Assembly (NCBI RefSeq): GCF_943908415.1
Contig: NZ_CALTSY010000004.1
Coordinates: forward strand, 10,144 to 74,143
Source of the DNA: an uncultured Anaerococcus sp.
GTDB taxonomy: Bacteria; Bacillota; Clostridia; Tissierellales; Peptoniphilaceae
Reading direction: 5' to 3'
Length of the DNA: 64,000 bases
Positions 1 through 9,952 of the stretch are shown piece after piece. Under the pieces are notes generated by a model. The model saw nothing but the letters and a program-made list of their open reading frames with translations. It had not been told where the DNA came from and made no database searches. Within the stretch, counting starts at the first letter, position 1, and each line of letters opens with the position of its first letter. Both the position numbers and the translations under genes were made by a program.

Positions 1-45
1 GCATAGAATAATTACCTACTGGTGCTAGTATCTCTATTTGGCTCA

Positions 46-537
46 TCAAATTTTGCCTTTCAGTTGTGTATTTTCTGATTTTAGAGTAGCTGCTTCCTTT
101 TGAAGCCTTTTTGTTTCATCTCTTAGTTTTTCTATAAGCTTATCATTTTCTTCATTTACTTTAATCTGTTTTTTTAAATCACTTTTCTCTTCTTCTAGTG
201 ATAATTTTTGATTAGTTAATTGATCAATTTTTTCAAGTAATTTTTCATTTTCAGATAGGCTTTTATTATAATTTTCTAAGACAGAAGGATAGTTTTCCAC
301 TGCTTCAGAAGAGCTTTCCTTAAGTCTTTTGTATCTGTTACCTACATTGAAGAGATCATTGGCTATATTTAAGCTTGTTAAAACTAATTGTTTATCATAG
401 CTTAAATTATCAGACTTAGCCTCATTTATTTTCTTTCCGACATATGAAGCTATTTCTTTTATTTGTTCTTCACTTTCATCAGTTACAAGGGTATAACTCA
501 TACCATTTATCTCTACTTGAACTTTTTTTTCTGTCAC
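46..537 (-). CDS. zapA: cell division protein ZapA-like with extended coiled-coil C-terminus
   Basis: The N-terminal ~90 aa match the ZapA fold pattern (VxIxGxxYxL...QL...ALNIA..L). It lies immediately downstream of pheT, as in Firmicutes. The C-terminal half is Lys/Glu-rich coiled coil. Confidence 0.55.
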   Translation of the reverse strand: MTEKKVQVEINGMSYTLVTDESEEQIKEIASYVGKKINEAKSDNLSYDKQLVLTSLNIANDLFNVGNRYKRLKESSSEAVENYPSVLENYNKSLSENEKLLEKIDQLTNQKLSLEEEKSDLKKQIKVNEENDKLIEKLRDETKRLQKEAATLKSENTQLKGKI

Positions 538-545
538 TTTTGCTC

Positions 546-2933
546 CTAACTGCGTAATACAATATTCGCATCGCTTAGATCATTTATGATTTTATCTTCT
601 ATATCTTTTATATCCTTTTCTTTTAGAGTTCTATCATTGTCTCTATATTCGACTTTATATGAGATAGATTTCTTATTATTATCAATCTGATCTCCTGTGT
701 AAATATCAAATAGCTCGATATTTTTTACCAAGTCTTTGCCATTATTAATGATTGTATCTTCTATAAACTTAGATTCAACATCACGATCTGTTACAAATGA
801 ATAATCACGTGTTATCGCTGGGTATTTTGGAATAGGGGAATACTTTTTATTTTTAATTCTCTGATTTCTTATCTTAGAAAGATTAATTTCTAAGATTAAA
901 CATCCCTTTTTAATATCATATTCATCACGAACTTCGTAGGAGATCTCACCCATAGTTCCTATGTTTATATCTCCATAGTATATGTCTGCACATCTACCAG
1001 CATGGAAAATAGGATTATTCTCATCAGCCTTATAATCAAAACCAACAAATCCAACTCTTTGCATTACTACGGCAAATATATCTTTAAGGTCATAAAAGTT
1101 ATATGAACCATATAGACCCATAGTTAGGCTATCATTTTCATTTGGTAATTCTTCACTAATTTTCTCAAAAGTTTTACCTAACTCAAATAATTTTAAATCC
1201 TTGGCACCACGATTGATATTTTTTGAAATAACGTCAAGCATGTTGCTTATTTGTGTGGTTCTCATGATTGAGAAGTCCTCACCTAGGGCATTTTCTAAGC
1301 TTATATAATTTCTTAAGCTTGAGTTTTGATCAAGGCCCATTCTGTCAAATTCTCTTGGAGATATAAATGAGTATGTTGTTATTTCAGAGAATTTTTGGCC
1401 CATAAGCTCTTTTCTAAGATTATCTCTTAAAAGTCTTGCATCACTTCTAATACCTCTTTGAAGAGTAGATTTAAGAGGCTTAGACTCAATATTTCCCATT
1501 CCATAAAGTCTTACAACTTCTTCTATAAGGTCAGCTTCTATATCTATATCCATTCTAAAGAAGGGCACTTTGGCAATAAGGGTATCACTATCCTTATCTT
1601 CTACTTCAAATTCTAGAAGCTCTAAATTCGTGGTAGCCTCTTCTTTGCTAAAATCAACCCCTGTCAAAGAATTAAGTCTAGAAATTCTAAGTTCTACAAA
1701 TTTATCTTCTGTAGTGTTTTCCCCTTGATCGATCATTCCAGATACTACTTCACCAATCCCTAAATCAGAAATAAGTTTCATAGCACGTCTGGAAGCAAAG
1801 TCTGCCATTTGGATTGGAAGGCCTTTTTCAAATCTTGTAGAAGCTTCACTTCTTAAACCTAGTTTTTTAGATGTCTCTCTTATTACTGCCCTATCAAAAT
1901 TAGCTGCTTCTAAAAGTATGTTTGTAGTTTCACTAGTTACTTCACTATCAAAACCACCCATAATTCCAGCAAGTCCTATGACCTCTTTTCCATCGGCTAT
2001 AACTAACATTGAAGAATCAAGTTCTCTATCTTCTCCATCAATTGTTTTAAGTATTTCGCCATCTTTAGCTTCTCTTACTATTATTTTTTTGTCATTTAAC
2101 TTATCTAGATCATAGGCATGAAGTGGCTGTCCTATTTCAAGCATTACAAAGTTAGTGATATCTACTATATTATTTATAGGACGCATGCCTGCTAGTATAA
2201 GATAGTTTTGGAGCCATTGAGGAGATTTGCCTACCTTGATATTTTTTGCGATTCTTGCTGTAAACCTCTTACAATTATTGCTTTGAATACTAACTCCATT
2301 TGTATGGTCATTAATATTTTTATTACTAGTAGGATAATCTATGTCTGGAAGATTTATCTTTTCTCCAAAACTTGCGGCACTCTCTCTAGCCATGCCTATT
2401 ATTGAAAGACAATCCGCTCTATTTGGGGTTATTTCATATTCTATAACTGGAGTGTTTGATTTTAGAACATCACTTGCTGGAGTTCCCGGTTTATACTCTT
2501 CATTTAAGATGATAACTCCATCTTTAAATTCTTTTGGTATTACATTATCAGAATATCCAAGTTCTGCATAGGAGGTAAGCATTCCTTCTGAATTAATTCC
2601 AAAAAATTCATGATCTCCTATATATTCTCCATTATCTAAAGTAGTTCCACTTTTTATTACAAACAGATAATCACCTTCATTGGTGTTTGGGGCAGCTGTT
2701 ATAATTGTAGCTGGCTTATCTTCTCCTATATCTATTGTTAAGACTTTAAGTCTATCTGCATCTGGGTGTTTTTCTTGTTTTAAGACATGGCCGACTACTA
2801 CAGATTCTAGATTGCTAGTAATTATATTTACTTCTTCTACGTGAGATCCTGTTTCTGAAAGTCTATCAGTTATTGTCTTGAGGTCTTTATCTATATTTAC
2901 ATAATCTTTTTGCCAAATTAAAGGTACTAACAT
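546..2933 (-). CDS. pheT: phenylalanine--tRNA ligase beta subunit
   Basis: 795 aa. It has the tRNA-binding N-domain, B3/B4 and the class II-like core, and sits directly downstream of pheS. Confidence 0.95.
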   Translation of the reverse strand: MLVPLIWQKDYVNIDKDLKTITDRLSETGSHVEEVNIITSNLESVVVGHVLKQEKHPDADRLKVLTIDIGEDKPATIITAAPNTNEGDYLFVIKSGTTLDNGEYIGDHEFFGINSEGMLTSYAELGYSDNVIPKEFKDGVIILNEEYKPGTPASDVLKSNTPVIEYEITPNRADCLSIIGMARESAASFGEKINLPDIDYPTSNKNINDHTNGVSIQSNNCKRFTARIAKNIKVGKSPQWLQNYLILAGMRPINNIVDITNFVMLEIGQPLHAYDLDKLNDKKIIVREAKDGEILKTIDGEDRELDSSMLVIADGKEVIGLAGIMGGFDSEVTSETTNILLEAANFDRAVIRETSKKLGLRSEASTRFEKGLPIQMADFASRRAMKLISDLGIGEVVSGMIDQGENTTEDKFVELRISRLNSLTGVDFSKEEATTNLELLEFEVEDKDSDTLIAKVPFFRMDIDIEADLIEEVVRLYGMGNIESKPLKSTLQRGIRSDARLLRDNLRKELMGQKFSEITTYSFISPREFDRMGLDQNSSLRNYISLENALGEDFSIMRTTQISNMLDVISKNINRGAKDLKLFELGKTFEKISEELPNENDSLTMGLYGSYNFYDLKDIFAVVMQRVGFVGFDYKADENNPIFHAGRCADIYYGDINIGTMGEISYEVRDEYDIKKGCLILEINLSKIRNQRIKNKKYSPIPKYPAITRDYSFVTDRDVESKFIEDTIINNGKDLVKNIELFDIYTGDQIDNNKKSISYKVEYRDNDRTLKEKDIKDIEDKIINDLSDANIVLRS

Positions 2934-2941
2934 CTTATCTC

Positions 2942-3964
2942 CTAAAATTGTTCCAAGAATCTTTTATCATTATCATAAAGTAGTCTGATATCATCTAGGC
3001 CATATTTTACCATGGCTATCCTGTCTACTCCTAGTCCAAAGGCAAATCCTGTGTATTTTTCACTATCTATGCCGCAAGCTTCTAATACATTTGGATGAAC
3101 CATACCTCCACCTAAAAGTTCCATGGACCAGCCAGTATTACCACATGCTGGACAGCCCTCTCCACGACAAACAGGGCAAGTTGCATCTACTTCTAAAGAT
3201 GGCTCAGTGAATGGAAAGTGGTGTGGCCTATATCTTAAATTAATATCATCTCCAAACATTTCTTTTATAAATGTCTCAAGAGTTGCCTTTAAATTCGCCA
3301 TAGAAACTCCCTCATCTACTACTAGACATTCTAATTGGTGAAACATTGGAGAGTGAGTTGCATCTACTTCATCATTTCTAAATACTCTACCGGCAGAAAC
3401 CATTTTTATAGGAAGCTTACCCTCTCTCATAACTCTAATCTGCATAGAAGAAGTATGAGGTCTTAGGATTGTATCATCTGTTATATAGAAAGTATCTGAT
3501 TTAGATCTAGCTGGATGGTCAGCTGGAGAATTTAGATCATCAAATACATTTTTGACAGTATCTATTTCTGGTCCTTCAACAACGTCAAAGCCCATATTTT
3601 GGAAGATAGCTTCAAGCTCTTCTAGAGTCTCGTTTATAAGAGCTAGGTGTCCACTTTCATATTTATCAAAGTGAGCTGTAACATCTATTTTTTCTTCTTT
3701 TATCTTTGCTTGTAAAATCTCTTTGTTTAGTTCTTCATTTTTATCAGATAGAACTTTTTCGATTTTTTTGCTAGTTTCGTTTATAAGCTTACCAGCCATA
3801 GGCTTTTCTTCGTTTGGTAATTTTGAGATATTTTTCTTAAGATCTGTAATTTTACCTTTTTTACCAAGATAAGTAATTCTAATTTTTTCTAAATCTTCAA
3901 GGCTACTAGCAACATTTATTTCATGTTCTGCCTTAGCCAGGATTTCTTTTAAGTTTTCTTCCAT
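2942..3964 (-). CDS. pheS: phenylalanine--tRNA ligase alpha subunit
   Basis: 340 aa with class II aaRS motifs, a C-terminal GLGVDRIAM and a PheS-type zinc knuckle CPVCRGEGCPAC. Confidence 0.95.
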   Translation of the reverse strand: MEENLKEILAKAEHEINVASSLEDLEKIRITYLGKKGKITDLKKNISKLPNEEKPMAGKLINETSKKIEKVLSDKNEELNKEILQAKIKEEKIDVTAHFDKYESGHLALINETLEELEAIFQNMGFDVVEGPEIDTVKNVFDDLNSPADHPARSKSDTFYITDDTILRPHTSSMQIRVMREGKLPIKMVSAGRVFRNDEVDATHSPMFHQLECLVVDEGVSMANLKATLETFIKEMFGDDINLRYRPHHFPFTEPSLEVDATCPVCRGEGCPACGNTGWSMELLGGGMVHPNVLEACGIDSEKYTGFAFGLGVDRIAMVKYGLDDIRLLYDNDKRFLEQF

Positions 3965-3967
3965 TTA

Positions 3968-4190
3968 CCTCTCCTAAATTTGTATAAAAAAATTCCGTCC
4001 TTATGAAAGGACAGAATCTATAAAGTCTGCGGTACCACCTTAATTGGTTATATAACCCACTTGAAAGCTTTAACGCAGCTTATACGTATCAACTACTTAT
4101 TTCATATCAAGCTTCATCGGTGAATATTAAGCTTAAAGTGAAAGGCTCTCATCATCCCTTTCTTGCTGTTATATTAAAGCTACTTTTGCC
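3968..4190 (-). promoter_or_regulatory. T-box riboswitch leader (Phe) with intrinsic terminator, upstream of pheST
   Basis: On the minus strand, AATTAAGGTGGTACCGCAG (plus 4027-4045) matches the T-box consensus AAUUAGGGUGGUACCGCG. A hairpin GTCCTTTCATAAGGAC followed by a U-run (plus 3985-4017) lies immediately upstream of the pheS RBS. Confidence 0.7.
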
Positions 4191-4193
4191 GAA

Positions 4194-4916
4194 TCATAAG
4201 CTAAGTTTATTCATTAAAATGCTAGCTGCTATGGCAGCATTTAGTGATTCAATCTCTCCTTGCATAGGAATTTTTACAAAACTATCAGTAATATTTCGTA
4301 CTTCTTCTGATAAGCCATTTGCTTCATTGCCTATAGCAAGAATTAAATCTTCAATTATTTCATATTTATTTATATCATACCCGCCCATGTCAGCAGCTAC
4401 AATTTTATAAGATTTTTTTAGTATAGAAATTTCATCTATGCTAGTTTCTTTTATATTTAATCTAAAAATGGAGCCCATAGAGGCTCTTAAAGTTTTTTCA
4501 TTATATATATCAACGGTTCCAGCTGTTATAATTATATCTTTAAATCCAAAGGCTTCTGCACTTCTTATTATAGTGCCCATATTGCCTGGGTCATTTAAGT
4601 GATCTAAAAGTAAGACTCTTGAGCTTCTGATATCTTTTGCTTCTTTCTTTTTAACGACAGCCCCAAATCCATCAGGATTTTTAAAAGAGCTTAGTTTATT
4701 AAAAAGAGTTTCTGATAAGACTATTTTATCAATATCTGTCTTATAAGAAACATTATTTTCAGATAAAAAAATAAAATCAACATCAGCAGAAGAGATGGCC
4801 TCTTCTACTAATTTCTTTGATTCTACTATAAAGGAATTTTCTATATCCCTATATTTTTTATTTTTTAATTTTGATATATATTTATATTTCTGATTAGAAG
4901 TTGATTCTATAACCAT
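4194..4916 (-). CDS. TrmH/SpoU family RNA 2'-O-methyltransferase
   Basis: 240 aa with SpoU methylase motifs (GNEANGLS, SLNAAIAASI). It sits between rplT and pheS, as in Bacilli. Confidence 0.8.
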   Translation of the reverse strand: MVIESTSNQKYKYISKLKNKKYRDIENSFIVESKKLVEEAISSADVDFIFLSENNVSYKTDIDKIVLSETLFNKLSSFKNPDGFGAVVKKKEAKDIRSSRVLLLDHLNDPGNMGTIIRSAEAFGFKDIIITAGTVDIYNEKTLRASMGSIFRLNIKETSIDEISILKKSYKIVAADMGGYDINKYEIIEDLILAIGNEANGLSEEVRNITDSFVKIPMQGEIESLNAAIAASILMNKLSL

Positions 4917-5269
4917 TAAGCATTTTGATTAGCAAGTTCTACTAATTTGCTAAATTCAGCTGGGTTTTCTACAGCAATTTCAGCAAGCATCTTTCTATTG
5001 ATATTGATGTCGGCTTTTTTAAGATTGCCCATTAATTGTGAGTATGTTGTACCATTTTGTCTTGCTGCAGCATTGATTCTAGCAATCCATAATTTTCTGA
5101 AATCTCTTTTTCTTTGTTTACGTCCAATGTAAGCATAGTTTAATGATTTCATTACAGCTTGGTTAGCTGTTCTGTATAGGAGGCTCTTTGAACCGTAGTA
5201 TCCTTTAGCTTGTCTTAATACTTTTTTATGTTTTTTCTTTGCGTTTTTAGCTCTTTTTACTCTTGCCAT
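4916..5269 (-). CDS. rplT: 50S ribosomal protein L20
   Basis: 117 aa with typical L20 sequence ([16 protein letters not shown]...). Confidence 0.95.
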   Translation of the reverse strand: MARVKRAKNAKKKHKKVLRQAKGYYGSKSLLYRTANQAVMKSLNYAYIGRKQRKRDFRKLWIARINAAARQNGTTYSQLMGNLKKADININRKMLAEIAVENPAEFSKLVELANQNA

Positions 5270-5287
5270 TTCTCTTCCCCTCCTAAA

Positions 5288-5485
5288 TTACATTCCTAAT
5301 AATGTTTTTACGTTTCTTTCGTCAGCTTTAGAAATAGTTGTTCCTTTTCTAAGTCTTCTTTTTCTAGCCGGTGATTTTTTTGCTGTTAAGTGTCCCTTAT
5401 AAGCTTTTCTTCTCATTACTTTTCCACTACCTGTAACTTTGAATCTTTTAGCAGCAGCTCTTTTTGTTTTATTTTTATTTGCCAT
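5288..5485 (-). CDS. rpmI: 50S ribosomal protein L35
   Basis: 65 aa, basic; sits between infC and rplT. Confidence 0.9.
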   Translation of the reverse strand: MANKNKTKRAAAKRFKVTGSGKVMRRKAYKGHLTAKKSPARKRRLRKGTTISKADERNVKTLLGM

Positions 5486-5486
5486 T

Positions 5487-6005
5487 TTATTCTCCTTTTT
5501 CAGTAGCTGGTTCTAAGAACATTACTAATGATCTACCTTCCATCTTAGGTTTCTTATCAACTATAGCAGAATCACCTAGCATAGCTTTGAATTTATCCAT
5601 CAATTCATAGCCTGGTTCTTTACGACCTAGCTCACGTCCTCTAAATCTTATAGAAACTTTTACTTTATCCCCGTTATTTAAGAATTTGATAGCTTGATTT
5701 GCTTTGGTTTGTAAATCATTATCTTCGATGTTCAAAGAAAATCTTGTTTCTTTTAGTTGAGCATTCTTTTGCTTTTTCTTATTTTCTTTATCTTTCTTCT
5801 CTTGATCGTATTTGAACTTACCGTAATCCATAATTCTAGTAACAGGTGGTTTTGCATTTGGACTCATCAAAACTAAGTCTAAATTTGCTTTATCAGCACG
5901 TTCTTGTGCATCTCTTAGAGTTGTTACACCTACTTGGTTACCATTTTCATCAATTAATCTTACCTTGTCAGCTCGAATTTCGTTATTTATTCTTAAATCT
6001 TTTAT
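5487..6005 (-). CDS. infC: translation initiation factor IF-3 (non-AUG, probable AUA start)
   Basis: The IF3 N- and C-domains are recognisable (IRADKVRLID..., PPVTRIMDYGKFKY). GGAGG sits 7 nt upstream of an ATA codon at 6005. The in-frame ATG at 6032 has no SD, and the 6047 start in the ORF track is a GTG inside a hairpin. Confidence 0.8.
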   Translation of the reverse strand: MKDLRINNEIRADKVRLIDENGNQVGVTTLRDAQERADKANLDLVLMSPNAKPPVTRIMDYGKFKYDQEKKDKENKKKQKNAQLKETRFSLNIEDNDLQTKANQAIKFLNNGDKVKVSIRFRGRELGRKEPGYELMDKFKAMLGDSAIVDKKPKMEGRSLVMFLEPATEKGE

Positions 6006-6032
6006 AGTTATACCTCCAATGTATAATTGCAT

Positions 6033-6060
6033 AAAAAAAGCGGGCACAAAGCACCCGTTT
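6033..6060 (-). terminator. hairpin plus U-run in the infC leader (possible L20-dependent attenuator or DegV terminator)
   Basis: The minus-strand RNA reads GGGUGCUUUGUGCCCGCUUUUUUU, a stem with two G·U pairs then U7, ending ~25 nt upstream of the infC start. Confidence 0.4.
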
Positions 6061-6195
6061 AAATTTTTAAAATTCTAATCTAAAAATTATTAACCTACAA
6101 ATCTAAATATCAGCAGGTGAGTATTGGGTACTTCTTTGTTGTCTATGCTATATATAATACTACTAATTTTATCTTGTGTCAAATACTGTTATTAA

Positions 6196-7053
6196 TTAAT
6201 CTACAATCAAATATGCTACTGCGTATATCTTTGGTCCAACATGGACTGCTACAACCGGTCCTGCTGGTGATTCAAATGTTCCCAAAGCATTTTCTTCTAA
6301 GTCAGATAATCTGTCTTTGGCTTCATCTAAAATACTATAATCATCAGCATATAAGTAAGCTATATAATATTCTTTAGCTCCATCAAGTTCTTCTCTTATC
6401 TTTTTTTCCACAGCAGGGTATGAGTTTTTTCTACTAGATTTTAATTTATATAGATTGAATTCTCCCTTTCCATTTATAGACATAAAGGGTTTTAATTTTA
6501 GCTTAGTAGATACCTTACTAGCCGCTTTACCTAATCTACCACCAGCCTTTAAATACTTTAAACTATCTATCCAACCGATAGCATTGGAATTGCCAACCAC
6601 GTGATTTACTCTTTCAATTATTTCATTAAAATTCAGACCTTTATTTAATAAATCATTGGCATACATCACCAAAAGGCCTTGATTAATAGTGACTGTTCTA
6701 CTATCTATAAATCCTATATCTAGCTCATTATTATCAGCAAGTTTTGCATTTGCTATAGTGGAGGATAGATTGGACCCCATGCCTATAAATATGACCTTAT
6801 CATATCCATCCTCTCTTATATTATTAAACATTTCACTAAAGTCTTTAGGACTTGGCGATGCAGATTTAACTGTAAAGTCTTCATCTTTTTCATCTAGCTT
6901 AAACATGTCATATGAGCTAATATCTATACTATCCTTATAATACTTTCCATCTATAATCACATATAGGCTAATAACGTAAATATTATTTTCTTTAACATAA
7001 TCATCTGGTAAATTAGCTACGGTATCAGTCATCAATGCAATTTTTTCTATCAT
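6196..7053 (-). CDS. DegV family fatty-acid-binding protein
   Basis: 285 aa with the DegV/EDD fold pattern (IALMTDT...). Confidence 0.85.
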   Translation of the reverse strand: MIEKIALMTDTVANLPDDYVKENNIYVISLYVIIDGKYYKDSIDISSYDMFKLDEKDEDFTVKSASPSPKDFSEMFNNIREDGYDKVIFIGMGSNLSSTIANAKLADNNELDIGFIDSRTVTINQGLLVMYANDLLNKGLNFNEIIERVNHVVGNSNAIGWIDSLKYLKAGGRLGKAASKVSTKLKLKPFMSINGKGEFNLYKLKSSRKNSYPAVEKKIREELDGAKEYYIAYLYADDYSILDEAKDRLSDLEENALGTFESPAGPVVAVHVGPKIYAVAYLIVD

Positions 7054-7066
7054 AGTTACTCCATTA

Positions 7067-7921
7067 TCAATCTAATTTAAATATACCAAAGCCATATAGT
7101 CCAGGCCCTGTATTTGCTCCAAGAGTTGGAGATATTTGTATCTTAAAATATTGGCGAGCATTTGAGATTCTATCAGATAATTTATCCTCAAGTTTCTCTA
7201 TGCCTTCTTCATAACCACCATGAGCTATGAAAATATAATAGTCTTTTACATTAGATAGTTCTTTTTCAGCTATCTTCTTAAGTTCGTTTAAAACTTTTCT
7301 TTCTCCTCTGGCTACCTTTAAAATCTTAAAGGCTCCTTCTAGTGGATTTACAGTTATAATAGGTTTTACAGATAAGGCATCCCCTATTTTTCCAAAACTA
7401 CGAGGAACCCTACCCCCTTCTACTATATATTTGAATGAATCCAGAGTAAAAAACACTTTTGAATCATTTTTCTTTTGTTCTAGTTTTTCTATAATTTCAT
7501 TAAAGCTCAATCCATCCTCTATTAACTTACTGGCATAGACTGCAAATAGACCTTCTGCCATTGTTAAATTGGATGAATCAAAAACATAGGTTTCTAAATC
7601 ATCTAGCTTTGTCATATTCATCAAATTATAAGTGCTTGAAAATTTAGATCCAAGAGTAATAACTATAACCTTATCATATCCATCTGCTTTAATTTCTTCA
7701 TACTTTCTTATAGCATCCCCAGGAGATGCAGTACTTGTTTTTGGAAGACTATTATTTTTCCTAATCCAATCATAAAATTGATCAGAGCTTATCTCTTCTC
7801 TATCTTTAAAATATTCATTATCCAAATTCACATATAGGGATAAAAAATATATATTAAGTTTCTTCAATAAGTCCGCATCTATATCAGATGCTGAATCTAC
7901 AAGGATTGCAATTTTTTCCAT
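7067..7921 (-). CDS. DegV family protein (tandem paralog)
   Basis: 284 aa; ~30% identity by eye to the adjacent DegV. Confidence 0.85.
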   Translation of the reverse strand: MEKIAILVDSASDIDADLLKKLNIYFLSLYVNLDNEYFKDREEISSDQFYDWIRKNNSLPKTSTASPGDAIRKYEEIKADGYDKVIVITLGSKFSSTYNLMNMTKLDDLETYVFDSSNLTMAEGLFAVYASKLIEDGLSFNEIIEKLEQKKNDSKVFFTLDSFKYIVEGGRVPRSFGKIGDALSVKPIITVNPLEGAFKILKVARGERKVLNELKKIAEKELSNVKDYYIFIAHGGYEEGIEKLEDKLSDRISNARQYFKIQISPTLGANTGPGLYGFGIFKLD

Positions 7922-7984
7922 TAAATCTCCTACTTACTTTCTGCTTTTAATAAAGCCAACTTATAAATAATATTTATACTTCAA

Positions 7985-8761
7985 TTAGTCATTAATATCT
8001 ATGGTCATCTTTTGATTTTGCTCATAAATAGCTCTTACTTCTGTGTGTGGATATTTATGTTCATTTTTAAATTTAATTGAGATATCTTCATTAGATCCAA
8101 AATGCATAGGGAAAAATACTTGAGGCTTAACTTCTTTTATAAATATATCAGCTCCCTTATAGTAGTTTTCTTCAAGTCTATTGTCTACTGGGAAAAAGGC
8201 TATATCTATATTCTCTTTCTTAATTTTATCAATTTCCATCATAAAGTCACTATATTCTTTTTGCATAGTGGATTCATCGTTACTTTTCCAAGCCCAGTAA
8301 TTTAAATCTCCTGCATGGAATATGCTTATTCCATCTATATATAACAATATAGATATACCCTGATCTGTCGAACCAAAAGTTTTAATTTTAAGTATAGAAC
8401 CATTTTTAAGTTTCATTTTGTATACTTGATTTTCCCTAAAGAAATGTACATTTGGTGAAGAGTAAAGTCTCTTAAGCTGATCCATTGAAAGCTTATTATC
8501 TCTTATATAAATTATATTTTCATTCTTAGCTAGTTCCCCTATATCAGAACTTAATATATAAGTCTTATTCTCCATATCAGGAAATTTTAATATCTCAGAA
8601 GTATAATGGTCATCATGACCATGACTTGCTATAAATATCACTTCTTTATCTTCTGGGATGTTTAGCATTCCCTTGTAATAGTCAAATATTATAAATAAAT
8701 CTTTTGTCTCTACTGTATAACAACTATGGTATACGTAGCTAATAGTAATTTTATCTTGCAT
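7985..8761 (-). CDS. MBL-fold metallo-hydrolase
   Basis: HGHDDH motif (ASHGHDDH) and beta-lactamase fold spacing. Confidence 0.75.
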   Translation of the reverse strand: MQDKITISYVYHSCYTVETKDLFIIFDYYKGMLNIPEDKEVIFIASHGHDDHYTSEILKFPDMENKTYILSSDIGELAKNENIIYIRDNKLSMDQLKRLYSSPNVHFFRENQVYKMKLKNGSILKIKTFGSTDQGISILLYIDGISIFHAGDLNYWAWKSNDESTMQKEYSDFMMEIDKIKKENIDIAFFPVDNRLEENYYKGADIFIKEVKPQVFFPMHFGSNEDISIKFKNEHKYPHTEVRAIYEQNQKMTIDIND

Positions 8762-8839
8762 ATATACTCCACTTCTCTTTTTCTATATACCCAATAATCA
8801 ACTTAAATGAAGTATAATAATTTGATGGGAAGTGATAAT

Positions 8840-9319
8840 ATGAAAAAAGAAATAAAAACAAATGCCATGAGAACCCTAGATAAACTAAATATTGAATATG
8901 AACATATTGACTCTGGTTATAATGGAAAATTTATATCCTCTGTTGACTTATCAAAGAAAACTCATCAAGATATAGATTTAATTTATAAGACTCTAGCTAC
9001 TATTTCAAATGAAAAAGATATATATATTTTTGTAATACCTGGTGCAGCAAGTATTGATTTTAAGAAAGCTGCTAGATCCATTGGTGTTAAAAAACTAGAA
9101 ATGTTGCCACTTAAAGATCTAAAACCTAATGTCGGCTATGAAAGAGGGGCTACTACTTCTCTAGCTATGAAAAAAGATTATCCAGTTATAATAGATGAAA
9201 GTGCTTCTTCTATGGACTTTATAAAGGTTTCAGCTGGCAAAGTTGGCCATAGTATAAAGATAAATCCTAATGATTTAGCAAGGGCCAATGGTGGCCAATT
9301 TTTTGATGTGATCCAATGA
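8840..9319 (+). CDS. ybaK: Cys-tRNA(Pro)/Cys-tRNA(Cys) deacylase YbaK
   Basis: YbaK/ProX fold motifs (MRTLDKLNIEYE..., FVIPGAASIDFKKAARSIGVKKLEMLPLKDL). The start was chosen at MKKEIKT, which has an RBS. Confidence 0.75.
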   Translation: MKKEIKTNAMRTLDKLNIEYEHIDSGYNGKFISSVDLSKKTHQDIDLIYKTLATISNEKDIYIFVIPGAASIDFKKAARSIGVKKLEMLPLKDLKPNVGYERGATTSLAMKKDYPVIIDESASSMDFIKVSAGKVGHSIKINPNDLARANGGQFFDVIQ

Positions 9320-9927
9320 ATATAAGTGTAGAAAAGTCTGCTAACAAGACTAATTTAATCTTTCCAAATGATAGTAAAAATAAAAGATTGAAGCTTATGG
9401 TAATCTTTTCTCCGATTTTTATAGCTTGCTTCGATAATGGAACTTATGAGCTTGAATTTTTAAAAAAGACCATAGATAAATCAAAATTCTCTTATGGACT
9501 ATATCCTGAATTTTTTAACGATTTTGATATTATAAGATATAGAAAATCTTATGAAGGCTATGAAATTGTAGAAGACATTTTTCTAAATAAAGATAATAAA
9601 ATAGTATTTACTATAAATCCTATGGATGATTTATATATAAAAGCATTAGTCAGCCTCATTGATAAACTAATAATAGATGATAAGTCCAATAACTACTTTA
9701 TAGATTATTTTGATAAGATGAGAGATGATATAGTAATAAATGGTAGAAGGTCTATCATAGCAAATGGTATTAAAGGATTCTACCTTTCTAAGTATGTATT
9801 AGTCTGGATGATAGATTTATGCAATTATATAAAAAATAATAATCCTGATATCTACCCGGATGTATTGCCCATATATGAACTTTCAAGCAATCTAAAAACT
9901 ATAAGAACAAAAAAATCTCCTAGCTAA
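9316..9927 (+). CDS. hypothetical protein (translationally coupled to ybaK)
   Basis: 203 aa with an ATGA start/stop overlap with ybaK. No recognisable family. Confidence 0.5.
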   Translation: MNISVEKSANKTNLIFPNDSKNKRLKLMVIFSPIFIACFDNGTYELEFLKKTIDKSKFSYGLYPEFFNDFDIIRYRKSYEGYEIVEDIFLNKDNKIVFTINPMDDLYIKALVSLIDKLIIDDKSNNYFIDYFDKMRDDIVINGRRSIIANGIKGFYLSKYVLVWMIDLCNYIKNNNPDIYPDVLPIYELSSNLKTIRTKKSPS

Positions 9928-9952
9928 GCTAAGAGATTTTTTAACTTATATT

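Noticed and set aside
5487-6047. ORF-track infC start at 6047
   Set aside because: That codon is GTG inside the leader hairpin/U-run and has no SD. The SD-positioned ATA at 6005 aligns with IF3 N-termini.
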